From: Phycisphaerae bacterium
GTDB taxonomy: Bacteria; Planctomycetota; Phycisphaerae; UBA1845
DNA length: 64,000 nt
Direction of reading: 5' to 3'
Assembly (NCBI GenBank): GCA_028289375.1
Contig: JANQQK010000035.1
Coordinates: 113,497-177,496, forward strand
The translations under genes and the position numbers were made by a program. A model generated the notes under the pieces. It was not told the DNA's origin. It saw only the letters and a list, made by a program, of their open reading frames with translations, and did not search any database. Positions 52,969 through 62,266 of this stretch are shown piece by piece. Within the stretch, counting starts at the first letter, position 1, and each line of letters starts with the position of its first letter.

Positions 52969-55068
52969 CTAGGAAAGTCGTACCCATCTCCACAGGCCGA
53001 GGGCACTGATCATCATCGCCAGCATTGGCGGAACACCGCTGCCGCAAAACGCGTCAGTTGGAGCGGCCGCGTCGACATCCTGATCGTGTTGCTGGTCGGT
53101 CATTGGACCCGGTGGGTTCGTCGGCTCCACGGCGTCAAACACATCGGACTCACTGTCCACGTCTTCCTCCGTCCCGGTCAAAACGTCCGGCTGCAGTCCC
53201 AGCAACTCGGCGCAGGTCTCTGGGTCGCTGTTTGCCGGATCGTCCGGGCAGGCATCCACGCAGTCGGGGGTTCCGTCGCCGTCGGTATCGGTGTCCGACA
53301 CGTCGCAGCCACACGTGCCGGGCGAGAACTTTGCTGGATCTTGCGGACATGCATCCACGCAGTCAGCCACGCCGTCCTCGTCCGAGTCGACATCCGGCTC
53401 GTTGGCGCATCGATCTGCGCAGTCGTCCACGCCGTCATCGTCATCATCGCGTTGCGTGCAGGCACACCCGTTGGAGTCGGCTTCCGCCCAAATCGGTGTA
53501 TTGGCGCACCGATCATCGCAGTCGTTGACGCCGTCATCGTCGGTGTCGAGCACGAAGCAGAGCGGCGTTCCAGGGTTCGGGTGTGACGAACAGCCCCCCT
53601 CGCATTCGTCGGGGACATCATTGCCGTTACAGTCGGTGCTGGTACCCGCCGCGATGTCGCGCCGGTCGCCGACGTTGTTGGCGTTGCAGTCGGGCAGCGC
53701 GAAGGTGGCCGACACAATGTCCGAGTCTGATCCAACGGTGCCGCCCAAAGGATCGGTGGTCATCCACGCGATGAGCCAGCGATCGAATCCGTCGTGAGCC
53801 AACCGATGCAGCGAGTCGTCGCCGGCGTCGGTGGCAGCGTTGGCGTTGATTGCTGTCGGCGCGGACCAACCAGCCGCGTCGCCTGCTGCACTAGCGGCGA
53901 GAAGATCGATGTCACCGCCGATGGTCCCGGCCAGCGTGTCGGCTGAATACCAGATCGCCACGTGGTCACCATGGCCAAGCGTGACCAGTTCAACCAGAAA
54001 ATCGTCACCGGCGTCGGTGGCGGCATTGGCATTGAGCGCTGCAACATTGGACCAGGTTGCACCGCCGTCAACGCTGTTGGTTGCCAGAATATCGCGATCG
54101 GTGCCGATGGCCGCCCCGACATTCTCCGATGAGTGCCATGCCACGGTCCATGCGCCATCGCCGCGCGCAAGCACGGTCGGAAAGTCATCTGCAGCACTGT
54201 CTGCGGTGGCCGTGCTGTTGACAACCGATGGAGCGGACCAGTTGCCGCCATCGTCGCTGCTGGTCGCCATCAAGATGTCGCCTTCGGTTCCGATGCCGCC
54301 ACCCAGGTTTTCGGTGGACTGCCAGGCCGCCAGCCAGCGACCAGCCATGTCGGTGGCCAACCGTGGATTGGTGTCCTGACCGGTGTCGGTCGTGGCATTG
54401 GCGTTCAAAGCGATCGGGGCTGTCCACGTGGTGCCGAAGTTGGCGCTCGAGGCGAACAGAACATCGTTGTCAGTGCCGATCGTTCCACCGAGGTTCTCGG
54501 CGGAGTGCCAAGCCGCCAGCAAGGTTCCGGAATCCGACAGGACCAGCGTCGGGGCAGCGTCGTCGCGGGTGTCGGTTCCACCATTGCTATTGAGGACGGT
54601 GAAGTTCGACCAAGTCAGCCCATTGTCGGTGCTTGTGGCGTATCGAATGTCGAGGTCGCTCAGGTCATTGTTGGAGACCCAGGCGGTCAACCAACGCCCT
54701 GCGCCGTCCGTGACGATCCGCGCCCAAAAGTCGGAGCCCACATCGACGGCGGCGTCCGAGTTAAGGGTTGCTGGAATGCTCCATGTGACGCCGTTATCGT
54801 TCGACCGGGCGACGAGAATGTCCCGATCTGCACCGATCGAACCGCCGAGGTTCTCCGTCGACGACCAGACCGCGACCCAATGGCCGTGACCGTCACCGGC
54901 GATGTCGGGTTGCTCGTCGATACCGGAATCGGAGACGGCGCTCGCATTGACCGGCCGTGGCGCCGTCGGGCTTGGGACGGTCTGCCCGCGAACCGGAGCG
55001 GTGCCGACCACTGCGAGGGCGATCAGGACGTGGATCACATCAGTCGTGAGGACCCGATTGCTGAGCAT
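52969..55068 (-). CDS. Secreted BNR/Asp-box repeat (sialidase-like propeller) protein with thrombospondin type-3-like Ca-binding repeats and a C-terminal hydrophobic anchor
   Basis: Signal peptide, then at least 5 Asp-boxes (SNDNGVTW, STDNGLTW, SANFGTTW, SSDDGGNW, SVDGGATW). TSP3-like repeats follow (DTDDDGVNDCDDRC, DDDDDGVDDCADRC, DSDEDGVADCVDAC, DTDTDGDGTPDCVDAC). The tail is GSGVPPMLAMMISALGLWRWVRLS. Confidence 0.75.
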   Translation of the reverse strand: MLSNRVLTTDVIHVLIALAVVGTAPVRGQTVPSPTAPRPVNASAVSDSGIDEQPDIAGDGHGHWVAVWSSTENLGGSIGADRDILVARSNDNGVTWSIPATLNSDAAVDVGSDFWARIVTDGAGRWLTAWVSNNDLSDLDIRYATSTDNGLTWSNFTVLNSNGGTDTRDDAAPTLVLSDSGTLLAAWHSAENLGGTIGTDNDVLFASSANFGTTWTAPIALNANATTDTGQDTNPRLATDMAGRWLAAWQSTENLGGGIGTEGDILMATSSDDGGNWSAPSVVNSTATADSAADDFPTVLARGDGAWTVAWHSSENVGAAIGTDRDILATNSVDGGATWSNVAALNANAATDAGDDFLVELVTLGHGDHVAIWYSADTLAGTIGGDIDLLAASAAGDAAGWSAPTAINANAATDAGDDSLHRLAHDGFDRWLIAWMTTDPLGGTVGSDSDIVSATFALPDCNANNVGDRRDIAAGTSTDCNGNDVPDECEGGCSSHPNPGTPLCFVLDTDDDGVNDCDDRCANTPIWAEADSNGCACTQRDDDDDGVDDCADRCANEPDVDSDEDGVADCVDACPQDPAKFSPGTCGCDVSDTDTDGDGTPDCVDACPDDPANSDPETCAELLGLQPDVLTGTEEDVDSESDVFDAVEPTNPPGPMTDQQHDQDVDAAAPTDAFCGSGVPPMLAMMISALGLWRWVRLS

Positions 55069-55270
55069 TTGCAGCCTACTGCGATTGGTGGTTTTCCGTT
55101 GCCCGATGTGGTTGTCATCGACGCGACGCGGGTCGATATTGAAGGTGTCCGAGGGCGCGTCCTGCCTTATCGGACGAGTTCAGGTCCCCTCGCACTCTCT
55201 TGCGCCGAACCAACGTGCCCAGTGCCACGGTAGCTGTATGCGTGCCGATATCTGGTCGATCTCACGTGCA

Positions 55271-55783
55271 ATGGGGGCGAACATGGGCTGTTCCAAGCCG
55301 AATCGGCGTTCAAAAATTGATGCCGGATTCTCGCTGGTTGAGCTGGTGATTGTGATTGTGATCATCGGGATACTGGCTGCGATTGCCGTGCCGCGGTTTC
55401 AACAGGGTGTGAAGGAGGCGGACGCAGCTGCCCTGATTTCGAATCTGCGCACACTTCGTCGGGCGATGGAATTGTACAAAGCTGAGCACGGCAAGTACCC
55501 CGACGACATAGATACGTTCGAAGTACAACTGACGCAGTACACCGACGCAGCCGGCAATGCGAGCCCGACGAGGACCGGGGCGTTCGTCTATGGCCCGTAC
55601 ATCTCCAAGATCCCCCCGCTGCCGGTGGGGAACAACGCCGGCAAGACCGAAATCGCGGGGGGCGCGCTTCCCGGTGCCGTCGCAACCGCAGGCTGGTGGT
55701 ACGACAAGGACAGGGGTGAACTACGCGCCAATCTTGCCGACGATCAGGTCGACAAGAAAGGCGTGCGCTTCAATCTGCGATGA
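55271..55783 (+). CDS. Prepilin-type N-terminal cleavage/methylation domain protein, GspG-like pseudopilin
   Basis: G|FSLVELVIVIVIIGILAAIAVPRF is followed by LRTLRRAMELYKAEHGKYPDD, as in the T2SS major pseudopilin. The start is ATG 55271 or 55283. The longer ORF from 54902 overlaps the opposite-strand BNR gene and was rejected. Confidence 0.75.
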   Translation: MGANMGCSKPNRRSKIDAGFSLVELVIVIVIIGILAAIAVPRFQQGVKEADAAALISNLRTLRRAMELYKAEHGKYPDDIDTFEVQLTQYTDAAGNASPTRTGAFVYGPYISKIPPLPVGNNAGKTEIAGGALPGAVATAGWWYDKDRGELRANLADDQVDKKGVRFNLR

Positions 55784-55821
55784 CAGCCAGTGTCCGTGCA
55801 TGAACCAGGCGATAATGCCTC

Positions 55822-58800
55822 CTACTCCGGTTGCCAGGTCGGCAGTCGGCCCGGCGTCCATGGAGCGTTGCGCGATTCCATGTCACGCTCAAGTTCCACC
55901 AGATCCGATTGGAGTTGTCGCAACTGCGTCAGCACGGTCTGGAACTGCGAACCGGCGTCTTGGTAGGCGTCGCGTTGGGTCTGTGTTGGCGCTGAAGTAA
56001 CGCGCCAATCGCCGGCGATGCCAATGCGCGAGCGGATCGACGTCGGCGTTGGCTCCTGATGTTTCGACTTCGTGCGGTCGCCGCTCAACTCCGTCTTGAT
56101 GCGCTTCAGCCGCAGGTCGAGGTCTCGCACGGTGGCAAGCATCGATCGGTCGATCGACGGCGTATTGACGATCGTCTTGCGGATGTAATCCAGACGGGAC
56201 TGGTATTCGCCGCTGGCTTTGACCGCGCCGGCGACGGCTCGCTCAAGGCGGGCGACCTTGCGGTTGAAACGCATCACGGCTTCGCGGTCCTTGGCGGCGA
56301 AGGTGGCCAGCTCGAGCGGTACGACCTCGAACGATTCCGGCTGGGAAATTTCGGTGACCGTGCCATCGATCTCGGTGGCGAGGGTGACGCTGTAGGTTCC
56401 GGGCAACGCCAAAGGGCCCACCGGCGGCAAGTCCCACGGCATGCGATCCTTGGGTTCCGTAAGACGCGTCGGCAACAGCGACGGATCACGCAGATCCCAC
56501 GCGATGCGGTGAATACCCTTTTCGCGCGAGCCCACCACGCGCCGAATGACGTCACCATCTTCGTTGCGGACGATGAGCAAGACCTGCGGCGCTTTCTCTT
56601 CATCCTCAGCACGAAGCTCCTCGATCGACGGGTAATCGACCGGCTGTTCGTTCTTGATCGCCTCTTTCTCCGCGGCGCGACGCTTCTCCACGCGGCTCAT
56701 CACCTTCTCCTTGAGGTAGTAGGTGAATACGGCGCCGAAAGGCGGATTGGGGGCGACGAAATAGGACGCCCCCTGCGAGCCTCGCCCCGTGCGTCCGCCA
56801 AGTCGATCGTATTCCACGTAGCGGAGTGCCTGCTTGACGGGGAAGAGATGCTGCGCGTGGGTGAGCAACTCGTCGGACATCGCACGCAGCGGTGAGTAGT
56901 CGTCGAGGATGTAGAAGCTGCGGCCAAACGTGCCGAGGACCAGATCGCTTTCGCGACGTTGAATTTCGATGTCACGCACGGCGATGGTTGGAACGCCGCC
57001 CTTGAGGCGAATCCACTTCGTGCCGCCGTCGACGGTCACGTACACGCCGAATTCCGTGCCGACGAAAAGGAGGTTTGGCTGCACGTGATCCTGCCTGATG
57101 CTGTAGACGGTTTCGCGTTCGGGCAGGTCGCCGGCGATCGATTGCCACGTTCGGCCTCGATCATCACTGCGGAGCATGTAAGGTTTGAAATCGCCCATCT
57201 TGTGGTTGTCGAAGGCGGCGAAGACGACGTCCGGGTTGTGCATGGATGCGGTCAGACAACTCACGTACGTGCGTTCGGGGACGTCGGGGAAAGACTCGAC
57301 GCGACGCCAATTCTGGCCAGCATCTTCGGTGATGCTGACGACGCCATCATCGGTACCGACGTAGAGCAAGCCGTCAACAAGCGGCGACTCGTCGAGCGAG
57401 ACGGCGTTGCCGTAAATGGAGGTTGATTTGTTTTTGGCCACCGCGTCAACGCTTTGGATTTTGCCCATGACTTCGAGGGCGTTGCGGTCGAGGCCTCGGG
57501 TGAGGTCGGGGCTGATGGTCGTCCAGCTGTTGCCGCGATCGTCGGAGCGGAAGAGTTTGTTGGCGGCGAAGTAGAGTCGCTTGTGGTCGTGGGGGCTGAG
57601 GATCAGCGGTGTGTCCCAGTTCCAGACGTAGGGTTCTTCGCCAGGTGCTTCGCGTGGCTTGATGTCGACGATTTCGCCGCTGCGGCGATCATGCCGCACG
57701 AGGCCGCCGTATTGCCATTGGCTGTAGACGATGTTGGGGTCGGTCGGGTCGACGCGGGTTTCGTAACCATCGCCGCCGACGGTGATGAACCAGTCGGCGT
57801 TGGTGATGCCACCGGGGTTGGTCGTGCGTGAGGGACCTCCCTGGGTGTTGTTGTCCTGCGTTCCTCCGTAGACGTTGTAGAACGGTTCGGCCTCATCGAC
57901 GGAAACGCGGTAGAACTGCGTGACGGGGAGGTTGTCCTTGTACTGCCAATTGCTGGCGAGGTCCCACGATTCGTAGATGCCGCCGTCGCAGCCAACGAGC
58001 AGGTGATTCGTGTCGTCCGGATCGATCCAGAGGGCATGGTCGTCGACGTGGCGGTACTTGCGCGGGACACGCTTGAACTTCGCACCGCCGTCATCGGTCA
58101 CGTGCATGATGGTGTCGAGGCTGTAGACGCGGTTCACGTCTTCGGGATCGCAGACAAGTTCGTTGTAGTACTGCGGGCTGCGGGACTTGTAGTCGCCGCG
58201 TTTTTCCCATGATTCGCCGCGATTGGTCGAACGGAAGACGCCACCCTTATCCTGAGCCGCTTCAACGATGGCATAGACGACGTCGGGGTCAGCCGGCGAA
58301 ACACACATGCCGATGCGACCTTTGTCCACCTTGGGCAGACCTTTCTCGACCTTGCGCCACGTTACACCGGCGTCGGTGGACTTATGAATCGTCGATTCGG
58401 GACCACCGTTGATCAGCGTCCAGACATGGCGGCGACGCTGGTAGGAACTGGCATAGAGCACGTCGGGATTGCGCGGGTCCATGTGCACTTCATTAATACC
58501 CGTGTCATCACTGACGTGCAGGATGCGTTCCCACGATTCGCCACCGTCGGTCGTTTTGTACAAGCCGCGGTCGCCGCCCGATCGCCACAGCGGCCCCTGT
58601 GCAGCAACATAAACGACGTTGGAGTCGCGCGGGTCCACGACGATGTTGCCGATGTGCTCGGATTCCTTCAGGCCAACGTTCTCCCATGATTGTCCGCCGT
58701 CGCGCGAGCGATAGACGCCATCGCCAAAGGAGACGCTGCGCTGACTGTTGTTCTCACCGGAACCGACCCAGATCGTGTACGGATTGTTCGGATCGATGGT

Positions 58801-59112
58801 GACGCAGCCAACGGAGTAAGAACCCTGGCTGTCAAAGATCGGCTTGTAGGTCGTGCCAGCGTTGTCGGTCTTCCAGACGCCACCGGAGCAGACGGCGACG
58901 TAGTATTGCGATTTGTTCTCGGGGTTGACGGCGAAATCGCAGATGCGTCCGGACATGAGGGCAGGTCCGATCGAGCGGAATTTCAGCCCGCTGAGCGTGC
59001 CGGCGGTCATGCCATCGGTTTTCTCCTCGTCGGCCACTTCGGTTTCGGCGTGGGCGGTCCAGGGGGTGATCGTCAGTGCGAGCAGAAGCAACGCGAGCAA
59101 GCGTCGGGGCAT
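55822..59112 (-). CDS. BNR/Asp-box repeat double-propeller protein (sortilin/VPS10-like, the 'glycosyl hydrolase BNR repeat' family)
   Basis: Signal peptide MPRRLLALLLLALTITPWTAHA. Many Asp-boxes are present (RSRDGGQSWE, KTTDGGESWE, KSTDAGVTWR, RSTNRGESWE, RSDDRGNSWT, RSDDRGRTWQ). AAAGGAAAG ribosome-binding site. Confidence 0.75.
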   Translation of the reverse strand: MPRRLLALLLLALTITPWTAHAETEVADEEKTDGMTAGTLSGLKFRSIGPALMSGRICDFAVNPENKSQYYVAVCSGGVWKTDNAGTTYKPIFDSQGSYSVGCVTIDPNNPYTIWVGSGENNSQRSVSFGDGVYRSRDGGQSWENVGLKESEHIGNIVVDPRDSNVVYVAAQGPLWRSGGDRGLYKTTDGGESWERILHVSDDTGINEVHMDPRNPDVLYASSYQRRRHVWTLINGGPESTIHKSTDAGVTWRKVEKGLPKVDKGRIGMCVSPADPDVVYAIVEAAQDKGGVFRSTNRGESWEKRGDYKSRSPQYYNELVCDPEDVNRVYSLDTIMHVTDDGGAKFKRVPRKYRHVDDHALWIDPDDTNHLLVGCDGGIYESWDLASNWQYKDNLPVTQFYRVSVDEAEPFYNVYGGTQDNNTQGGPSRTTNPGGITNADWFITVGGDGYETRVDPTDPNIVYSQWQYGGLVRHDRRSGEIVDIKPREAPGEEPYVWNWDTPLILSPHDHKRLYFAANKLFRSDDRGNSWTTISPDLTRGLDRNALEVMGKIQSVDAVAKNKSTSIYGNAVSLDESPLVDGLLYVGTDDGVVSITEDAGQNWRRVESFPDVPERTYVSCLTASMHNPDVVFAAFDNHKMGDFKPYMLRSDDRGRTWQSIAGDLPERETVYSIRQDHVQPNLLFVGTEFGVYVTVDGGTKWIRLKGGVPTIAVRDIEIQRRESDLVLGTFGRSFYILDDYSPLRAMSDELLTHAQHLFPVKQALRYVEYDRLGGRTGRGSQGASYFVAPNPPFGAVFTYYLKEKVMSRVEKRRAAEKEAIKNEQPVDYPSIEELRAEDEEKAPQVLLIVRNEDGDVIRRVVGSREKGIHRIAWDLRDPSLLPTRLTEPKDRMPWDLPPVGPLALPGTYSVTLATEIDGTVTEISQPESFEVVPLELATFAAKDREAVMRFNRKVARLERAVAGAVKASGEYQSRLDYIRKTIVNTPSIDRSMLATVRDLDLRLKRIKTELSGDRTKSKHQEPTPTSIRSRIGIAGDWRVTSAPTQTQRDAYQDAGSQFQTVLTQLRQLQSDLVELERDMESRNAPWTPGRLPTWQPE

Positions 59113-59286
59113 GGAGCTTTCCTTTCGAAGCGGGTGATCGGGCGGGGCAGTCAAGTCCCGGCCAGTGCTGATCCCATCGTGGCGCGTAGTGTAGCGGAAA
59201 AGTTGGTGGTTGATCGAGGGCGGTGGGGTGGTGAATACGAGAATCGACGGGGCTGTCTCCGAGAAACGGTCATGCGTGTGACCGGT

Positions 59287-59314
59287 TTGCCGGGATGGCT
59301 TCCGGGCATACGAT
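59287..59314 (+). promoter_or_regulatory. Candidate promoter (TTGCCG-N16-TACGAT) giving a leaderless sulfatase-family mRNA
   Basis: TACGAT (59309-59314) is followed by 6 nt (GGGGGT) and the ATG at 59321. No Shine-Dalgarno sequence is present. Confidence 0.3.
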
Positions 59315-59320
59315 GGGGGT

Positions 59321-60823
59321 ATGCGAACGGGCGCGATTCAACTGGTGGCGGCGGTGCTGGCGGGTCTTGCCCTTCTCGGCTGCCGGCGCGACAGTGCGGA
59401 ACCACCACCGGTGGAAAAAAAGAAGCCCGCCGTGCCCAATGTGATCTTTCTGACCGTCGACACACTGCGGGCAGATCACTTGGGCGCTTATGGCTACGAC
59501 CGGCCAACGATGCCGTGGCTCGACGAATTCGCGGCGGAGGCGACGGTGTTCGAGAATGCGGTCGTGCCGCGGGGGTCAACGCGGTCGAGCTATGCGTCGA
59601 TGCTGACCGGGCTTTATCCGCATCGGCATGGGGCGCGGCACAACCGGCTGGTGCTGCACGATGACACGGTGACGCTGGCTGAGGTGCTGAAGTCGGCTGG
59701 CTACCACACGGCTGGGTTCGTGAGCAACTTCATTCTGATTTCGGAGTTGAGCGGGTGCGACCAGGGATTCGACGTTTACGATGATCGCCTGACCGATAAG
59801 GAGTCCTATCGCGACAACTTCGAACGCACAGCAGATCGGACGGCGGATGCGATCCTGGCGTGGTTGGCGGACGATCCGCCGCAGCCATTCTTCCTGTTCA
59901 CCAATTTCATTGATCCACATGGCCCCTACCAACCGCCGGAAGCGTATCGAGCACAGTTTCGATCCGGCAAGACCAAGCCGATGGACCCGGCGCAGATTCC
60001 GGATTACCAGGCCAAGGCAGGCGAACCGGCCGACTTCCACGACTTCGTCGATCGCTACGACGCCGAAATTCGATTCACCAACGACGCGATCAAGCGTGTC
60101 GTCGATGCGTTGAAGGCGACGGGCGTTTGGGACAATGCGATCGTGGTCTTCACAGCCGATCATGGCGAATCGCTTGGCATGCACGGGATCTACTTCGAGC
60201 ATCACTTCCACGTGTGGGAGGAGACCACGCGTGTGCCACTGGCGATCAAGTTGCCCGGGGAATGGCCGACGAAAGGCAAGCGCATTGGCGATGTTGCGTC
60301 ACCGATGGACTTGCCGGCGACGGTGCTGAGTCGGCAGGGGCCGCTTGCGGTGATCAAGTTGCCGCCGGATATGGATGGCATCGACCTCACGGACCTGTTG
60401 AAAGGAACGGATCAGCCGGATCGACTCGTGTTCATGGAATTTCCGTCGATGGCCACGCCCGCACGCGAGCCGTTTCCGGATGTCTGGGGTGCGCGGTCTG
60501 CCACGCACAAGCTGATCATGGTGACAGACGTTGAAAATGGTCGCCCGTTGCAAAAAGTTTTATACAACGTGCAGAATGATCCGAACGAACAATCGCCATT
60601 GGCGATGGGCCCATCTTCACCGGTGTGGACGCGACTGAATCGAGAACTGCTGGATCATGTCATGAGCGTTCGCTCTTTCTCGCTGCCATTCGTCGTCACC
60701 GAATACGAGGTGCCGATGAAGGATCGCACCGACTACGTCAAGAAGCACAACGATCGCGTTCAAACCAAACCGCTGACCAAAGAGCAGACCGACAAGCTCC
60801 GCGGGCTTGGGTACGTCGACTGA
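59321..60823 (+). CDS. Sulfatase-like hydrolase/transferase (alkaline-phosphatase superfamily) lipoprotein
   Basis: Lipobox LALLGC. NVIFLTVDTLRADHLGAYGY (metal/nucleophile region), FTADHGESLGMHG. It lacks the C/S-x-P-x-R formylglycine motif. Confidence 0.75.
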   Translation: MRTGAIQLVAAVLAGLALLGCRRDSAEPPPVEKKKPAVPNVIFLTVDTLRADHLGAYGYDRPTMPWLDEFAAEATVFENAVVPRGSTRSSYASMLTGLYPHRHGARHNRLVLHDDTVTLAEVLKSAGYHTAGFVSNFILISELSGCDQGFDVYDDRLTDKESYRDNFERTADRTADAILAWLADDPPQPFFLFTNFIDPHGPYQPPEAYRAQFRSGKTKPMDPAQIPDYQAKAGEPADFHDFVDRYDAEIRFTNDAIKRVVDALKATGVWDNAIVVFTADHGESLGMHGIYFEHHFHVWEETTRVPLAIKLPGEWPTKGKRIGDVASPMDLPATVLSRQGPLAVIKLPPDMDGIDLTDLLKGTDQPDRLVFMEFPSMATPAREPFPDVWGARSATHKLIMVTDVENGRPLQKVLYNVQNDPNEQSPLAMGPSSPVWTRLNRELLDHVMSVRSFSLPFVVTEYEVPMKDRTDYVKKHNDRVQTKPLTKEQTDKLRGLGYVD

Positions 60824-60841
60824 TGTCGGAACAGAAGGACC

Positions 60842-62155
60842 ATGTCGTCGATCACGTTTGAACCCATCGCAACGCCACTGAACGCCGTGGTATCCCTTCC
60901 CGGGTCCAAGAGCCTGACGAATCGGGCACTGATTCTGGCTGCGCTGGCGAATGGACAATCGACGCTGGCCGGCGCCCTGTTCTCTGAAGACACGGAGCGG
61001 ATGATCGACGCATTATCGACGCTTGGATTCGCCGTCGACGCCGACGCAACACACGCACGCATCATCGTCACCGGACATGGCGGACACATCCCCAATCCGG
61101 AAGGCGACATCCACTGCGGAAACTCCGGGACGACGATTCGTTTCTGCGCGGCATTGGCATCGCTCGGGCATGGCAACGTCCGCTTTGACGGGATCGACCG
61201 CATGCGCGAGCGGCCCATCGGCGCGCTGGTCGACGCCCTGCGACAAGTCGGCGGCCTGTTCGAGTACGAGAACAAGGACGGCTTCCCGCCGCTGACTGTC
61301 CATGGGCAGGGCCTGAAGGGTGGCTGGGTGCGGTTCAACAGACCGGAGTCAAGCCAGTTCGTGTCCGCCGTCATGATGGTCGCGCCGATCGCCTTTCGCG
61401 ACACGCTCATCGAGGTCGTGGGTGGACTGGTCAGCGAGCCGTACGTGACGATGACCGCGGCGACGATGCGCGAGTTCGGTGTCGAGACGCTGGTGCAGCG
61501 CGATGGCGACGACACGAAAATCGTGGTGGCTGCCCCGCAGAACTATCAGTCAGGCACCTATCTCATCGAACCCGATGCCTCGAACGCATCCTATTTTCTC
61601 GCGGCACCTGCCATCGCGGGCGGTCGCGTGGCGGTTAGCGGCATCGGTACCGACAGCGTGCAGGGCGATGCACGGTTCGTTGATGTTCTCGAACAGATGG
61701 GATGCAAGATCGATCGTGCGACAGATCAGCTGACAGTCTCTCGCGACCCCGGTTCGCCACTGACGGGCATCGACGTCGACCTTAACGAAATGCCCGATAT
61801 GGTGCAGACCTTGGCCGTCGTCGCCCTGTTCGCCGATGGTCCGACACACATCCGCAACGTCGCCAACCTCCGCGTGAAAGAGACCGACCGGCTCGCTGCC
61901 CTCGCGACCGAACTTCGCAAGCTCGCGGCAACCATCGACGAGCGCGAGGATGGGCTGTCGATCACGCCGCCCGATAAAATCGCAAACGCCAGTATTGCCA
62001 CGTACGATGACCACCGCATGGCCATGAGCTTCGCATTGGCGACGCTGGCGGCGAACGGCATCGTCATCGAGGAACCGGAATGCGTGGCCAAGACATTTCC
62101 AAACTTTTTCGATCTCTGGGCGCAACTTCTGCGCGGCAAATCGTCGATATCGTAA
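60842..62155 (+). CDS. aroA: 3-phosphoshikimate 1-carboxyvinyltransferase (EPSP synthase)
   Basis: LPGSKSLTNRALILAALA, NSGTTIRF, RMRERPIG, LRVKETDRL and DHRMAMSFALA are canonical AroA motifs. Confidence 0.92.
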   Translation: MSSITFEPIATPLNAVVSLPGSKSLTNRALILAALANGQSTLAGALFSEDTERMIDALSTLGFAVDADATHARIIVTGHGGHIPNPEGDIHCGNSGTTIRFCAALASLGHGNVRFDGIDRMRERPIGALVDALRQVGGLFEYENKDGFPPLTVHGQGLKGGWVRFNRPESSQFVSAVMMVAPIAFRDTLIEVVGGLVSEPYVTMTAATMREFGVETLVQRDGDDTKIVVAAPQNYQSGTYLIEPDASNASYFLAAPAIAGGRVAVSGIGTDSVQGDARFVDVLEQMGCKIDRATDQLTVSRDPGSPLTGIDVDLNEMPDMVQTLAVVALFADGPTHIRNVANLRVKETDRLAALATELRKLAATIDEREDGLSITPPDKIANASIATYDDHRMAMSFALATLAANGIVIEEPECVAKTFPNFFDLWAQLLRGKSSIS

Positions 62156-62187
62156 TTTAGTGGCAACCCGCATCTCTGCGGACGGGT

Positions 62188-62216
62188 TCAACCTGTCGCG
62201 GCATGTTGTCCGATAA
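62188..62216 (+). promoter_or_regulatory. Candidate sigma-28-type promoter upstream of fliM
   Basis: TCAA(62188-62191)-N17-TCCGATAA(62209-62216). The -10 part matches GCCGATAA at 7 of 8 positions. The layout is the same as upstream of flgM. Confidence 0.3.
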
Positions 62217-62266
62217 ACACGGGCGTCGTGTACTGTCGCGACGATCGGAAAGTCTCTGCGAGCATC

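Noticed and set aside
54902-55270. N-terminal extension of the pseudopilin ORF (the track gives 54902-55783, 293 aa)
   Set aside because: The extension overlaps the 5' part of the well-supported minus-strand BNR gene and has no pilin-like features. The prepilin leader plus G|FSLVE cleavage motif fits a start at 55271 or 55283.
59321-60823. Calling the sulfatase-family protein a true formylglycine-dependent arylsulfatase
   Set aside because: The nucleophile region reads TVDTLRADH and lacks the C/S-x-P-x-R motif. Only the broader alkaline-phosphatase-superfamily 'sulfatase-like hydrolase/transferase' call is supportable.
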